From IMG/VR virus record IMGVR_UViG_3300009370_001778, positions 1 through 64,000 of that record: a stretch of DNA of 64,000 nucleotides; one strand, given 5' to 3'. The translations under genes and the position numbers were made by a program. Position 1 is the stretch's first letter. Each line of letters starts with the position of its first letter. The notes under the pieces were generated by a model, which worked only from the letters and a program-made list of their open reading frames with translations, was not told the DNA's origin and made no database searches. Positions 1 through 9,666 of the stretch are shown here, piece after piece. Origin of the DNA: a virus.

Positions 1-1
1 T

Positions 2-130
2 GGTGTAAATACCTTATGTAGTGCCTTAAGTATGGACAGACAAACCATAGAGCAAAAGATCGAACCTTTCTTGATTCAGAGGGGTTATATAGTAAAAACT
101 CAAAAGGGAAGAATGTTGGTCGTGAAGTGA
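2..130 (+). CDS. ruvB: Holliday junction branch-migration helicase RuvB, C-terminal fragment (5' partial)
   Basis: Frame 2 reads GVNTLCSALSMDRQTIEQKIEPFLIQRGYIVKTQKGR, matching the RuvB C-terminal winged-helix pattern (G..TL...L.....TIE..IEP.LIQ.G.I..T..GR); not in the ORF track. Confidence 0.85.
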   Translation, partial: GVNTLCSALSMDRQTIEQKIEPFLIQRGYIVKTQKGRMLVVK

Positions 131-237
131 AAAAGTCCATAAACAAAATAGCTGAGTATTCAATGTTTATTATTGGAGCCATTATCCCTATAGGCATTAT
201 GCTATTTATCTTATGTTCAATATTAAGGAAGACCTAA
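127..237 (+). CDS. Small membrane protein (36 aa)
   Basis: GTG overlapping the ruvB stop; one hydrophobic stretch; its TAA overlaps the next ATG. Confidence 0.5.
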   Translation: MKKSINKIAEYSMFIIGAIIPIGIMLFILCSILRKT

Positions 238-1463
238 TGAACGCAAAAGAGTTGCACGATACCTCAATCGTAGTTGATCTCCACTGTCACCCCGCTATCA
301 AGGCCTCTATCTTCCATAGGAACATGGGTTCAGAAAAAGAGAAGTTCCTTATGGGTCTTTTCAAGAGAAAATTTTGGCCTCTCTCGAACAGGACTAGCTT
401 CCCAAAACTAATAGAAGGAGGAGTAGACGTTCTCTTGTCTACTGCTTTCATCCCAGAAGGAGGCTGGTATGAGGATATGTCCCTAGCGAAGTGGCTAATT
501 AAACTGGCTCCCAATGTGAGAAAAGAAATCTATGAGGCCTCCTACTTCGACGCTACGATGAATGTCCTAGACGAGATAGAATCTCAGGTAATAATCTGGA
601 ACGACAAAAAAAATGTCAGAAAGATTAAAATGTGTAAGTCTGTTTCTGATTTAAATGGGGCACTTGAGTCAGGTAGTCTTGCTTTTATCCATTCTGTAGA
701 AGGGGCACACTCTCTTCAAGCAAACTCAGCAGAGACACATCCTCACGATACTGATACTCCTCACAGTGAAAAATTAAATAATGCACTAACTAATCTAGAA
801 GAATTTTATAATAAGGGTGTTGCCTATCTGACCCTAGCTCACTTCTATGAGAACGACTGCGCTCCTCCGGTTTTTCCGTGGCCTGAATACGCCCTCAGTC
901 ATGGAGACTGGGAAAGCCTCCTCAGTAAATGGGATGAGGACAAGGGGCTTTCTGATATAGGTGAAGCGGTTGTTCAAAAGATGTTTGAGCTAGGGATGTT
1001 GTTAGACATATCTCACTGTACCCTTAAGGCAAGAAAAAGAATATATGAACTGGCAGAACACCATGATGCTGGAGAATGTATCTTCGCTAGTCATGCAGGA
1101 TCATTTGAAGTCAACAGGCTATCCTATAATCTTCAAGACTGGGAAATCAAGTGGCTCGCAGATCACGGAGGCGTTCTTGGCATAATCTTTATGAACTATT
1201 GGATTTCCCCAATCGACTCTCAGTTGGGATTAAAATACATAGAACAAACAATGAATCATATTATTAATATAGCAGGTACGGAAACTCCAGCAATCGGAAC
1301 TGACTTCGATGGCTTCACCGATCCTCCAGACGAGATAGTGCATATGGGTCAGCTGCCAAGAATAACCGCCCATCTAAGGGCTGTTGGGTACGATGACTCT
1401 GTAATAGGCAAGTTTCTAGGAGGAAACGCTATGAGACTCTTACTCAATGGATGGAAAAAATGA
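237..1463 (+). CDS. Membrane/renal dipeptidase family (peptidase M19, amidohydrolase fold)
   Basis: DLHCH, HSVEGAH, YLTLAH, LDISH, SHAG, IGTDFDG, LGGNAMR motifs; start moved to ATG 237 (TAATG overlap). Confidence 0.85.
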   Translation: MNAKELHDTSIVVDLHCHPAIKASIFHRNMGSEKEKFLMGLFKRKFWPLSNRTSFPKLIEGGVDVLLSTAFIPEGGWYEDMSLAKWLIKLAPNVRKEIYEASYFDATMNVLDEIESQVIIWNDKKNVRKIKMCKSVSDLNGALESGSLAFIHSVEGAHSLQANSAETHPHDTDTPHSEKLNNALTNLEEFYNKGVAYLTLAHFYENDCAPPVFPWPEYALSHGDWESLLSKWDEDKGLSDIGEAVVQKMFELGMLLDISHCTLKARKRIYELAEHHDAGECIFASHAGSFEVNRLSYNLQDWEIKWLADHGGVLGIIFMNYWISPIDSQLGLKYIEQTMNHIINIAGTETPAIGTDFDGFTDPPDEIVHMGQLPRITAHLRAVGYDDSVIGKFLGGNAMRLLLNGWKK

Positions 1464-1867
1464 AATTACCAATAAAATTAGATTACAGAAAAATATTCTT
1501 CTTTCTTTTATTGATCCCTATATCCTTTCTAGTATATGAAATAAGAGAAACCCATATTGATACCAGACAGGCTCAAGAAGAACTGTTCCTCCTCAATTCA
1601 CAAAGAGCATCCAACCAACGCACGATCATGGGTCTTCAAGTAAGAATACTTCATTATGTAGAAGGACATGACGAAGAGGAGACTGTCGGAATGTGTCCTT
1701 TATGCTTCAAAAATATGCTCTTGGAAAGATACGACCATGAATTAATAAGAAAGTTTTTAAGAGAAAACGGCATAGACGCTCAGGCTTACTTAGACGGAGA
1801 GCTTTCCGAAGAAGATTTAGAGTACATTAACTCTTCGGTTCCGCAAAATGATAAGGCACGCGAGTAA
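1460..1867 (+). CDS. Membrane-anchored hypothetical protein with H..H..CPxC motif (paralog of 36834..37109)
   Basis: N-terminal TM helix, coiled segment, QVRILHYVEGHDEEETVGMCPLC. Confidence 0.6.
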   Translation: MKLPIKLDYRKIFFFLLLIPISFLVYEIRETHIDTRQAQEELFLLNSQRASNQRTIMGLQVRILHYVEGHDEEETVGMCPLCFKNMLLERYDHELIRKFLRENGIDAQAYLDGELSEEDLEYINSSVPQNDKARE

Positions 1868-2169
1868 TGTACAGCTACAGGGCAAAGCTGGTCAGGTGTG
1901 TAGACGGAGATACGATAGATGTAGAAATTGATTTAGGTTTCTATCTAAAAGCTAATGTAAGGTGTAGGCTTACTGGAGTAAACACCCCAGAGAGAGGTCG
2001 CGAAAACTTCTCTGAAGCAACCCTCATCCTAGAGGAGCTGATAAAAGAACAGTCAGACCAAGAGGGATATTTTGAAATCTTTACTGGCAAGACAGGCAAG
2101 TATGGGAGATGGCTCGTCACCATCAATGGTGTTAATGATGTAATTGCTAAAAGATGGCCTTATGAATGA
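1867..2169 (+). CDS. Thermonuclease (SNase)-like phage nuclease
   Basis: RCVDGDTIDVEIDLGF, RLTGVNTPE, GKYGRWL. Confidence 0.8.
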   Translation: MYSYRAKLVRCVDGDTIDVEIDLGFYLKANVRCRLTGVNTPERGRENFSEATLILEELIKEQSDQEGYFEIFTGKTGKYGRWLVTINGVNDVIAKRWPYE

Positions 2170-2344
2170 CAAATGTGAAGAAGAGCTATTCATAAACCTG
2201 CAAAGGCTATCGTCCCAAAGACCAGATGTTGTTAGTGTCTCTATAGACGAAAATGGAGAGGCTGAATTTGAGATAGACTTTGATTTCTTTTTAGATAATA
2301 TAATAGACATGTTCGGATCAAAGGGGGAAACTCTTGAAAAATAA
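2162..2344 (+). CDS. Small acidic hypothetical protein
   Basis: ORF track; ATG overlapping upstream gene end. Confidence 0.5.
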   Translation: MNDKCEEELFINLQRLSSQRPDVVSVSIDENGEAEFEIDFDFFLDNIIDMFGSKGETLEK

Positions 2345-2546
2345 TCCGTATGAGCCGCCAAGTTTTCCCACACAAGAAAAAAAAGACCTACGGATTGACC
2401 CAAATATTGTATATAAAGAGTTTCTTATATGGATCGCTTCGCTTACAGCCTTGTTCTTTCTACTCGACAGCGTAAGAACTTTAAAAATAAACATTATAAA
2501 AAACATACTTTTAGTGGTACAATATGTTATAGACTTAAATAATTAG
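2334..2546 (+). CDS. Small membrane hypothetical protein
   Basis: ORF track; NPYEPP N-terminus plus TM segment. Confidence 0.5.
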   Translation: MKNNPYEPPSFPTQEKKDLRIDPNIVYKEFLIWIASLTALFFLLDSVRTLKINIIKNILLVVQYVIDLNN

Positions 2547-2555
2547 GAGAATATT

Positions 2556-2699
2556 ATGCAATGGACTCATTATGACCATACAAACAAAAATAGCAAGGGT
2601 CAAGACAGGCTTAAGAAAAAATCAAAGAGTGCCTCTATAGGGATTTACTTCTTTCTCGCTGTTATGTTGGCGTGTTTTATGCTCGTAATATTAGGATAA
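2556..2699 (+). CDS. Small tail-anchored membrane protein (47 aa)
   Basis: AGGAGA RBS; MQWTHYDH...GIYFFLAVMLACFMLVILG. Confidence 0.55.
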   Translation: MQWTHYDHTNKNSKGQDRLKKKSKSASIGIYFFLAVMLACFMLVILG

Positions 2700-2702
2700 A
2701 TT

Positions 2703-2861
2703 ATGGATAACAAAGAATGCGACTGTTCGCAATGTAACGACTCTGGTGTTGTATACCTCTATAATAAGGATGGGGATGTTACCAGTAGGCCATGTCCCAG
2801 ATGCACAGAAGATGTAATAGCCCATATCAGAAATTGGAAAGAGCAAATGTTTGATGGGTAA
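2703..2861 (+). CDS. Small Zn-ribbon protein (52 aa)
   Basis: CSQCNDSG...RPCPRC motifs. Confidence 0.55.
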   Translation: MDNKECDCSQCNDSGVVYLYNKDGDVTSRPCPRCTEDVIAHIRNWKEQMFDG

Positions 2862-3070
2862 AATAGAAAAATATGACCTAAAGTTTTATAGCAAAGCCTC
2901 TCTGTATTTTTTCCTGTCTCTAGCCGCAGGTTTATTCTGTAGTAGGGGATGTATATAGTGAGTACAGAAAGAAGAATATTGGTATATAAATCAAAACTCA
3001 AATGGCTTTTTATATCTGGGTTTATTTGTGGAATCGTTTTAGGAACAGCTATTGTAGAAATGTGGATTAA

Positions 3071-3766
3071 ATGATATTTCTATTTGATGTTGATGGCACG
3101 CTTACCCCTGCGAGACAGGCAATAGAGCTTAAGTTTAAAGACTTCTTTTATAACTGGATTATTCAGCGTCAAAGATATGGTGATAAAGTCTATTTTGTCA
3201 CTGGTTCTGATAAAGACAAAACAATAGAACAGATTGGAGAAAAGATATGGCTACAAGTTGATGGGTCTTACCAAAACTGTGCCAATCAACTATACTGTAA
3301 AGGCCAACTTATAAAGGAGTCTGATTGGAGACTGCCTGATGACCTAATGTGGGATATAATAGACACTCTATCTAAAAGTCAATGGTACGGTACAGCAAGA
3401 GGCAGTATAGAAATGCGTGTGGGCATGGCAAATATATCAACAATCGGACGGCAATGTTCATTAAAAGACCGTACTAAGTATTATGAATGGGATAAAGAAA
3501 ACAAAGAAAGAGAGTGCATAGCTAATAAACTAAAGAGCTTGTATCCTAAGATTGAATTTTCTATAGGTGGAGAAATCAGTATAGATGTATACCCAGAAGG
3601 CAAAGATAAAAGCCAAGTAGTAGACGAGCTAAAGGGTAACACAATGTTTTTTGGAGACAGTTGCAATGTAGGGGGAAATGACTACTCTATATCTCGGAAA
3701 TGTTCTATCTACCATCCTATTAACCACTGGGAAGAGACTAGACAAATACTGGAAAAAATAACGTGA
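3071..3766 (+). CDS. HAD-IIB phosphomannomutase (eukaryotic PMM-type)
   Basis: FLFDVDGTLTPAR, VTGSD, GGEISIDVYPEGKDK, FFGDSCNVGGNDY. Confidence 0.85.
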   Translation: MIFLFDVDGTLTPARQAIELKFKDFFYNWIIQRQRYGDKVYFVTGSDKDKTIEQIGEKIWLQVDGSYQNCANQLYCKGQLIKESDWRLPDDLMWDIIDTLSKSQWYGTARGSIEMRVGMANISTIGRQCSLKDRTKYYEWDKENKERECIANKLKSLYPKIEFSIGGEISIDVYPEGKDKSQVVDELKGNTMFFGDSCNVGGNDYSISRKCSIYHPINHWEETRQILEKIT

Positions 3767-3839
3767 AAACAGAAGGCTATTACGAATCTAAATTATACAT
3801 GTTTCGGTTTACAATTTTATAGGGCACGCGAGTTATAGG

Positions 3840-4274
3840 ATGACTATGGAAAAATTAAAAAGAGGACAAAAATTATGCAAGGCGTGCAATGGTGTAAATG
3901 CAGCAAGGAGCAGAAAATGCAAACATTGTCATAAAAACTTTATAAACAAGAATACCCCTGTTAAAAATGAAGTTAAAGACTGGAAATCTCTAGAAAGAGG
4001 ACAACAAATAAGAATCATACAGGGTTCTGGGCCATATTTTATCTGTTCTAGCGATTCAGAAGACCATTCTTCTGGTGAAAAGGTATACATGGGCTGTAAA
4101 GGTAAATATGAAGTTAGAGAACTTAGATCTAACGGAATACTTTGCTGCGGGATTGGAAAAAAGAATACGGGTATAGAATTTGTCTATATGGGTGAAAGAA
4201 AAATATCCCCCTCTACTGGAATCATAAAAGCCCCTCATAGAATTGTAAAGTTGAGGACAAGAAAAAGAAAATAG
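3840..4274 (+). CDS. Basic hypothetical protein with N-terminal Zn ribbon
   Basis: CKAC...CKHC. Confidence 0.6.
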   Translation: MTMEKLKRGQKLCKACNGVNAARSRKCKHCHKNFINKNTPVKNEVKDWKSLERGQQIRIIQGSGPYFICSSDSEDHSSGEKVYMGCKGKYEVRELRSNGILCCGIGKKNTGIEFVYMGERKISPSTGIIKAPHRIVKLRTRKRK

Positions 4275-4283
4275 GGGTATAAT
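4274..4283 (+). promoter_or_regulatory. Putative promoter -10 element GGGGTATAAT
   Basis: Recurrent intergenic GGTATAAT motif; upstream of 4325. Confidence 0.45.
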
Positions 4284-4324
4284 ATATTATATCAATATAA
4301 AATAGTAACATTGGAGTCAAAATA

Positions 4325-4840
4325 ATGGCATTAAATACAACGGCCACCTTATCCTCGGACATAGTATTCCAGCAGCAGGATACGGAGTCTACCTCTTTAG
4401 ACAATAGGCAGGGTTCTCTAACCTATAGTCAAAGCCTAACATCGGGCACAGGTTCTACCAATGTAAATTCTGTGTATTCTTCTTTTTCCCATTCCATAGG
4501 AGTGGGTTCTGGCCTATCTCTAGATTTTACAAGTCTCTCTCAGTCTATTGTAGGCAGTACCATGACGGTTCCAATGAGTAATCTAAAAAGTATAGTCATC
4601 CGAAACTCTAGTACTACAACTGGAGAGGATATTCTAGTAAGGGCCACTGGATCAAACGCCTTAACAGAAGTATTTAATGGAGGGTCGGGAAACCTTAATG
4701 TAAAACCATCAGCTACTTACATGTATTCAGACCCATATACTGGAGCTACCATTGACAGCTCGAACAAAAATTTTCAAATAGTAAATGACGGAACTGGAGC
4801 AATTTCTGTTGATATAATCGCAGTAGGAGTTACTGGCTAA
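4325..4840 (+). CDS. Putative virion structural protein (S/T/G-rich, beta-rich)
   Basis: Composition only. Confidence 0.5.
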   Translation: MALNTTATLSSDIVFQQQDTESTSLDNRQGSLTYSQSLTSGTGSTNVNSVYSSFSHSIGVGSGLSLDFTSLSQSIVGSTMTVPMSNLKSIVIRNSSTTTGEDILVRATGSNALTEVFNGGSGNLNVKPSATYMYSDPYTGATIDSSNKNFQIVNDGTGAISVDIIAVGVTG

Positions 4841-5199
4841 TGGAAGAGAGGGTTTTTGTCCCTAAAGGATGGGGATATGAGGATTGGATTGTTAATAAAA
4901 AAGAGTATTGTGGAAAGCTCCTCTTCTTTAAGAAGGGTAAGAGATGCAGTTGGCACTACCACAAACTCAAGGACGAAACATTCTATGTTCACAAGGGAGA
5001 GCTTGAGGTAAGACATGGGTGGACAGACGATAAGAATGGATTGAACACCCAAGTTACAATACTTAAAGCTGGAGATACCTTTCACATACCAGTAGGATTG
5101 AGACACCAAATGACAGGACTAACAGATGTGGAGATGTTTGAGTTCTCAACTCAACATTTCGATGAGGATTCAATAAGGATAGAAGTAGGAAGCCAATGA
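4840..5199 (+). CDS. Cupin, mannose-6-phosphate isomerase-like
   Basis: PKGWGYE, SWHYHKLKDETFYV, IPVGLRHQM. Confidence 0.75.
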   Translation: MEERVFVPKGWGYEDWIVNKKEYCGKLLFFKKGKRCSWHYHKLKDETFYVHKGELEVRHGWTDDKNGLNTQVTILKAGDTFHIPVGLRHQMTGLTDVEMFEFSTQHFDEDSIRIEVGSQ

Positions 5200-5981
5200 A
5201 AAAGGTGAGCATTATAACTTCTCTCTATAAGGCTGAGAAGCATTTAAAAGGATTTCTAGAAAATATAGTTAAACAAACGATCTTTGATGATTGTGAATTG
5301 TTCCTGCTGGATGGAAATAGCCCTGAGAATGAATATGATATAATAAAACCCTTTCTATCTTATGATAACATTAGGTATGAGAGGTTAGAGGAAGATCCCG
5401 GAATCTATGGTTGCTGGAACTATATGATTGAGAACTCCGACAGCAACTACATTACAAATGCCAATGTAGACGATAGGCTAGTCGATGATTGTATTGAGCG
5501 TCATGTTGAAATATTAGATAGATTTCCGACCTTTGATGTATCGTATTGTTTAAATATTGTTTCTGATACGGCTCTATCTTCAGATAATTCTTTGGCTTTT
5601 ATAGAAGAAGTAAATTCAAATCCCGACATATTTGATAGATTAGTAAAAACCGGACAGCAGAGAGTGTTTCCAACAGGCCCTTTTTCTAAGAGGAATATGT
5701 TAGATACTAATCTACCCCATAATCATCCTGTGTGGAGAAGGTCTATACATAAAGACTGTGGTATGTTTGACACTGAAAACTATATATCTGGAAGTGACTA
5801 TGATTTCTGGTTAAGATGCTGTATAGAGTTTGACAAAAGGTTCATACTTATTCCAGAAGTTTTTGGGATATATCATGATAACCCAGAAGGTATGTCAACC
5901 AAAAAAGAAAATATGGACAGAAACATGAATGAGTTTAGGAATATAAATGACAAGTACAGGTCAACATACTACGAGGTATAA
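5196..5981 (+). CDS. Glycosyltransferase family 2
   Basis: VSIITSLY, LLDGNS, NANVDD, DYDFWLR. Confidence 0.85.
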   Translation: MKKVSIITSLYKAEKHLKGFLENIVKQTIFDDCELFLLDGNSPENEYDIIKPFLSYDNIRYERLEEDPGIYGCWNYMIENSDSNYITNANVDDRLVDDCIERHVEILDRFPTFDVSYCLNIVSDTALSSDNSLAFIEEVNSNPDIFDRLVKTGQQRVFPTGPFSKRNMLDTNLPHNHPVWRRSIHKDCGMFDTENYISGSDYDFWLRCCIEFDKRFILIPEVFGIYHDNPEGMSTKKENMDRNMNEFRNINDKYRSTYYEV

Positions 5982-6981
5982 TTTTTGTACCCTGTCAGAC
6001 TACGACTATCTTCACTTTGGCCTTTCTCTGTTTGAATCTTTACAAGAGCACGCCAGTTCCTTCCATCTATACTATCTCTGCCTAGATGGTAAATCGTATG
6101 AGACTCTAGTCGAAATGAACCTAGACCACCTCACACCTATTTTTATCGGAGACCTAGAGGAGAACGATCAAAAGTTGAGGGCTGTTAAAAATGCGAACCC
6201 GTCAAGAGAAGCTCTTATACAAGAAAATTACTGGAACAAGACAGAGAATGACAAGAACGCAAGAACCATTCAGTACTTTTGGGTTTTAGCATCATACTTC
6301 AGTTGGTATGTGTTAAAGACATACGATGTCGATCATATTGTTTATGCTGATTCAGACATATTCTTTTTTGACAACTGCAAAAATATATTTGATGAAGTTG
6401 AGGATCACAGTATAGGGCTTGTGAGCCATAGGTTAACCAGATGGTCAGAAACAAGAGTGTGGGGAAACGACTGGGCTAGCACAACAGAAAAGGACACCAT
6501 ACCAGATTCAGGGTTCTTTAATGTTGGTATAGTCTATTTTAAAAATGATGAGGTCGGCTTTAAATGTGTGGAGACTTGGAAGGACTGGCTGCTAGACCCT
6601 AACAATGAATACTATGAGGACTACGGCACAATAGGAGACCAAAGATATTTAATGTTGTTTATACCTCTTTTTGGAAGAGACAACGTTAAGGTTATGGAGT
6701 CAATAGGTCATCTTGCACCTTGGAATGTTCAAAATCATAGCTATAATAGTAATAGTATAAACTGGTTGGGGCAAGAGCAAAGTTTAATATATTATCATTT
6801 CTCTAATTTTGCTCCAGACTTTCCTTCCATGTCTTATCAGCCGTCACCGAGACACGGAAATGCCTTTGGCCTTGTTAACATTCACCCTTTCTTGAGAAAA
6901 GTGCATGATGAGTACTTTCTATCTCTACTTAACTCTAAGGAACAGTTAAATGAAATTAGCCTTCGGAATGATAGTATTTGA
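5947..6981 (+). CDS. GT-A fold glycosyltransferase
   Basis: FCTLSDYDY, YADSDIFFF (DxD), FNVGIVYF, GDQRYL, LAPWN, YYHFS. Confidence 0.75.
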   Translation: MTSTGQHTTRYNFCTLSDYDYLHFGLSLFESLQEHASSFHLYYLCLDGKSYETLVEMNLDHLTPIFIGDLEENDQKLRAVKNANPSREALIQENYWNKTENDKNARTIQYFWVLASYFSWYVLKTYDVDHIVYADSDIFFFDNCKNIFDEVEDHSIGLVSHRLTRWSETRVWGNDWASTTEKDTIPDSGFFNVGIVYFKNDEVGFKCVETWKDWLLDPNNEYYEDYGTIGDQRYLMLFIPLFGRDNVKVMESIGHLAPWNVQNHSYNSNSINWLGQEQSLIYYHFSNFAPDFPSMSYQPSPRHGNAFGLVNIHPFLRKVHDEYFLSLLNSKEQLNEISLRNDSI

Positions 6982-7834
6982 AGGAGACTATGTCCTTCAA
7001 GAATGTCTAGAACAAGTTTACCCATATGCAAGTCAGATTCTTATAGCGGAAGGGCCTGTTACATTCTGGCAGAATCAGGGTAGAACTACATCTCTAGACA
7101 AAACCAATGAAATACTAGATAACTTTCCAGACCCTGAAAATAAAATAATTGTTAAGCACGGCCAGTATTACGAGAAGGACGAACAGTGCAGAACATATAT
7201 GAACTATATCAATGATGATATAGACTATATCTGGAATCTAGATTCGGATGAGCTTTTTAAGTCTAAAGACATAGAGAAGGTAATTGACTTTCTAAAACAA
7301 AATGACCCCACAAGTGTTGGAGTTCGTAGCTGCTCATTCTATGGAGGATTCGACCACTACCTTACTGGCTTTGAATTAAAAAGGGACAATTTCCTTAGGA
7401 TATTTAAATACGAAGCTGGAGCAACATGGTTAACACATAGGCCACCAACCATACGCTATCCAGAAAATTCTAATATAAAAAAGAGACATATAGATAGTGA
7501 AACACTGTATAATATGTTAGATGTTCAGATGTATCACTATTCCTACGTCTTTCCAGATCAAGTATTTAAAAAGGTCAGCTATTACAAAGATAGCGTGTCA
7601 AAAGATAGATGTATAGATAACTACTTTGAAAACGTTTACCTACCTTGGGTTACAGGTGATAATAAACAAAGAAGACTGATAGAAAAAATGTATCGTGGGG
7701 CACATGAATTTAAGCCTGAAGCAAGAGGTGATTGCTTTACAGATAAGTTCTCACTTGAACACCCCTTATCTATACAAAAAAACATGTCTTCGTTAAAGGG
7801 GAAGTTCAACGAGCAATTAAAAAATTATGCATGA
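6950..7834 (+). CDS. GT2-like glycosyltransferase
   Basis: IWNLDSDE DxD motif, MYHYSYV. Confidence 0.7.
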   Translation: MKLAFGMIVFEGDYVLQECLEQVYPYASQILIAEGPVTFWQNQGRTTSLDKTNEILDNFPDPENKIIVKHGQYYEKDEQCRTYMNYINDDIDYIWNLDSDELFKSKDIEKVIDFLKQNDPTSVGVRSCSFYGGFDHYLTGFELKRDNFLRIFKYEAGATWLTHRPPTIRYPENSNIKKRHIDSETLYNMLDVQMYHYSYVFPDQVFKKVSYYKDSVSKDRCIDNYFENVYLPWVTGDNKQRRLIEKMYRGAHEFKPEARGDCFTDKFSLEHPLSIQKNMSSLKGKFNEQLKNYA

Positions 7835-8423
7835 ACACATAAACTCTTGGAAAGACTGCACGAAATCGTTTGAACAGCAGCTTCAGTATAACCTATTTGA
7901 ACTAAACGGAAACTATCCACCGCACTGGAATAGTTTCTTGTTTTGTATTGATAAAAACAAGCCTAAGAGAGTTGTTGATATTGGGTGTGGTGTTGGAGCG
8001 TATGGTAAACTTTGCCTAGATAAAGGCACAGAATATATAGGTTATGATTACTCCGAGAACGCAATAGGTATTGCAAAAAGAGAGTGGGGATTAGATGTAT
8101 ATTGTTCTGACTATAAAGATATAAGCAAGGATCATATTAAAGATGGTGATTTGGTGGTGGCAAACGCTTTATGTGACGTGCTGCCAAATGCGCATGACTG
8201 TTTATTGCACCTACTCAACCTAGATGCTAGCCGAATTTTAATTCAAAGAATTGAATATTCCTCTGGCGAAGAGTCCTTCTCTGAGTATAATGCTTACAGT
8301 TTGACAACCTACAAGTTTTTCCACGATAAACAAAAGACATACAGAGCAGCACAATCTTTTGATTATAAAATAAAAGAGAGACTTATATCGCCCAACACAT
8401 ATGATTTAGAGATATATAAATGA
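7827..8423 (+). CDS. Class I SAM-dependent methyltransferase
   Basis: VVDIGCGVG, YIGYDYS. Confidence 0.8.
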   Translation: MHEHINSWKDCTKSFEQQLQYNLFELNGNYPPHWNSFLFCIDKNKPKRVVDIGCGVGAYGKLCLDKGTEYIGYDYSENAIGIAKREWGLDVYCSDYKDISKDHIKDGDLVVANALCDVLPNAHDCLLHLLNLDASRILIQRIEYSSGEESFSEYNAYSLTTYKFFHDKQKTYRAAQSFDYKIKERLISPNTYDLEIYK

Positions 8424-9022
8424 CAAAACTACCTCATATAAACCCAGATTTAGCCGTGTCAGATAGTTTAGCTATAGTTGCATCAAGCGCTAGACTGCTA
8501 TCCTCTGAACACGGGTCTACTATAGACTCTTTTAAAGATGTGGTAAGGTTCAACAAGGCTCCTGTAAAAGGTTTTGAAAAACACGTTGGATCAAAAACGA
8601 CTATTAGAGTTGCCAACAATCATGTTTTTGGAAACGTTCCTCACTCCGGATGGGAAACAGAGCACCAGCCAACCAATTTTATAAGAGATCAGAGAAACGT
8701 AAACATAGTACATTTAGGGGTTAATGAATTTTGGGGAGAAAGGGAAAGACATATACATGATAGCTGTAAGGCATTTCTTGTTGACTATACATTTATAGAC
8801 TCCATGATACCTTTCTTGGGCTCTAGACCCTCTGGAGGGTTTTGCTTCCTCACACTATGCGTTGAAGTTGGGATAAAACCGGCTATTTTTGGTTATGGAA
8901 TAGATGAGGATAGCTATGGTCATTACTTTGATCCAAACTCTGTAAGTAGTCACAAGTTTTCAGTGGAAAGAGAGATAATTAAGAGCTGGATAGAAACAGA
9001 CAAGGTGGCGTTTTACCAATGA
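8420..9022 (+). CDS. GT29 (eukaryote-type) sialyltransferase
   Basis: Sialylmotif L (AIVASS..LL...GSTIDS...VVRFNKAPVKGFEKHVGSKTT), S (PSGG...IFGYG), III (HYFD), VS (HKFSVE). Confidence 0.85.
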   Translation: MTKLPHINPDLAVSDSLAIVASSARLLSSEHGSTIDSFKDVVRFNKAPVKGFEKHVGSKTTIRVANNHVFGNVPHSGWETEHQPTNFIRDQRNVNIVHLGVNEFWGERERHIHDSCKAFLVDYTFIDSMIPFLGSRPSGGFCFLTLCVEVGIKPAIFGYGIDEDSYGHYFDPNSVSSHKFSVEREIIKSWIETDKVAFYQ

Positions 9023-9666
9023 TTCATTATATTATACCAGCTAGAAGAAATTCCAAAGGACTACCCTTTAAAAACCGAAAACTTCTGCACCATACTCTGG
9101 ATATACTACCAGACAATGTGCTACCACAGGTAATTGTCAGTACTGATGATGAATTTATTATTAATGAATGCATTTCTAGAAATGTTTGTTGTCTTAAAAG
9201 GTCTGCGGAGTTAAGCGGTGATAACATATGCATTAGGGATGTTATGGAAGACTGCATTGATAAATGCGAAATAAGCAAGGACGACACTATAGTTATTCTA
9301 TACCTAACTTATCCACAAAGAACATGGGAGACTATTCAAAAGGCTCTAGAAGTTTTCATTGACAAAAAACTAGATTCACTTCTCTGTAAAAAATCCCCCT
9401 CAACACATCCCTGCCTGTGTTTCTTCGACGCTGGAAAAAACCAAGGCACCCAAGTTATAGGGCATGATCTTTATCGAAGACAAGACTATCCTTCTTGTTT
9501 CGAACTTTCATTCTATGTATGTATATTTAAAGTATCAAAAATTTCTAAACTATCCAAGAATATGTTTTGCGAAGACACATATTTTTTCCCACTAAACGAT
9601 CACCTAGATATAGACACCGAACAAGATTTATCAAAATTTATGGAGGAAAAAAGTGGACATAAATAA
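9019..9666 (+). CDS. neuA: CMP-nonulosonate (acylneuraminate) cytidylyltransferase
   Basis: IIPARRNSKGLPFKN, VSTDD, RSAELSGD, RRQD, DIDT. Confidence 0.85.
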   Translation: MIHYIIPARRNSKGLPFKNRKLLHHTLDILPDNVLPQVIVSTDDEFIINECISRNVCCLKRSAELSGDNICIRDVMEDCIDKCEISKDDTIVILYLTYPQRTWETIQKALEVFIDKKLDSLLCKKSPSTHPCLCFFDAGKNQGTQVIGHDLYRRQDYPSCFELSFYVCIFKVSKISKLSKNMFCEDTYFFPLNDHLDIDTEQDLSKFMEEKSGHK

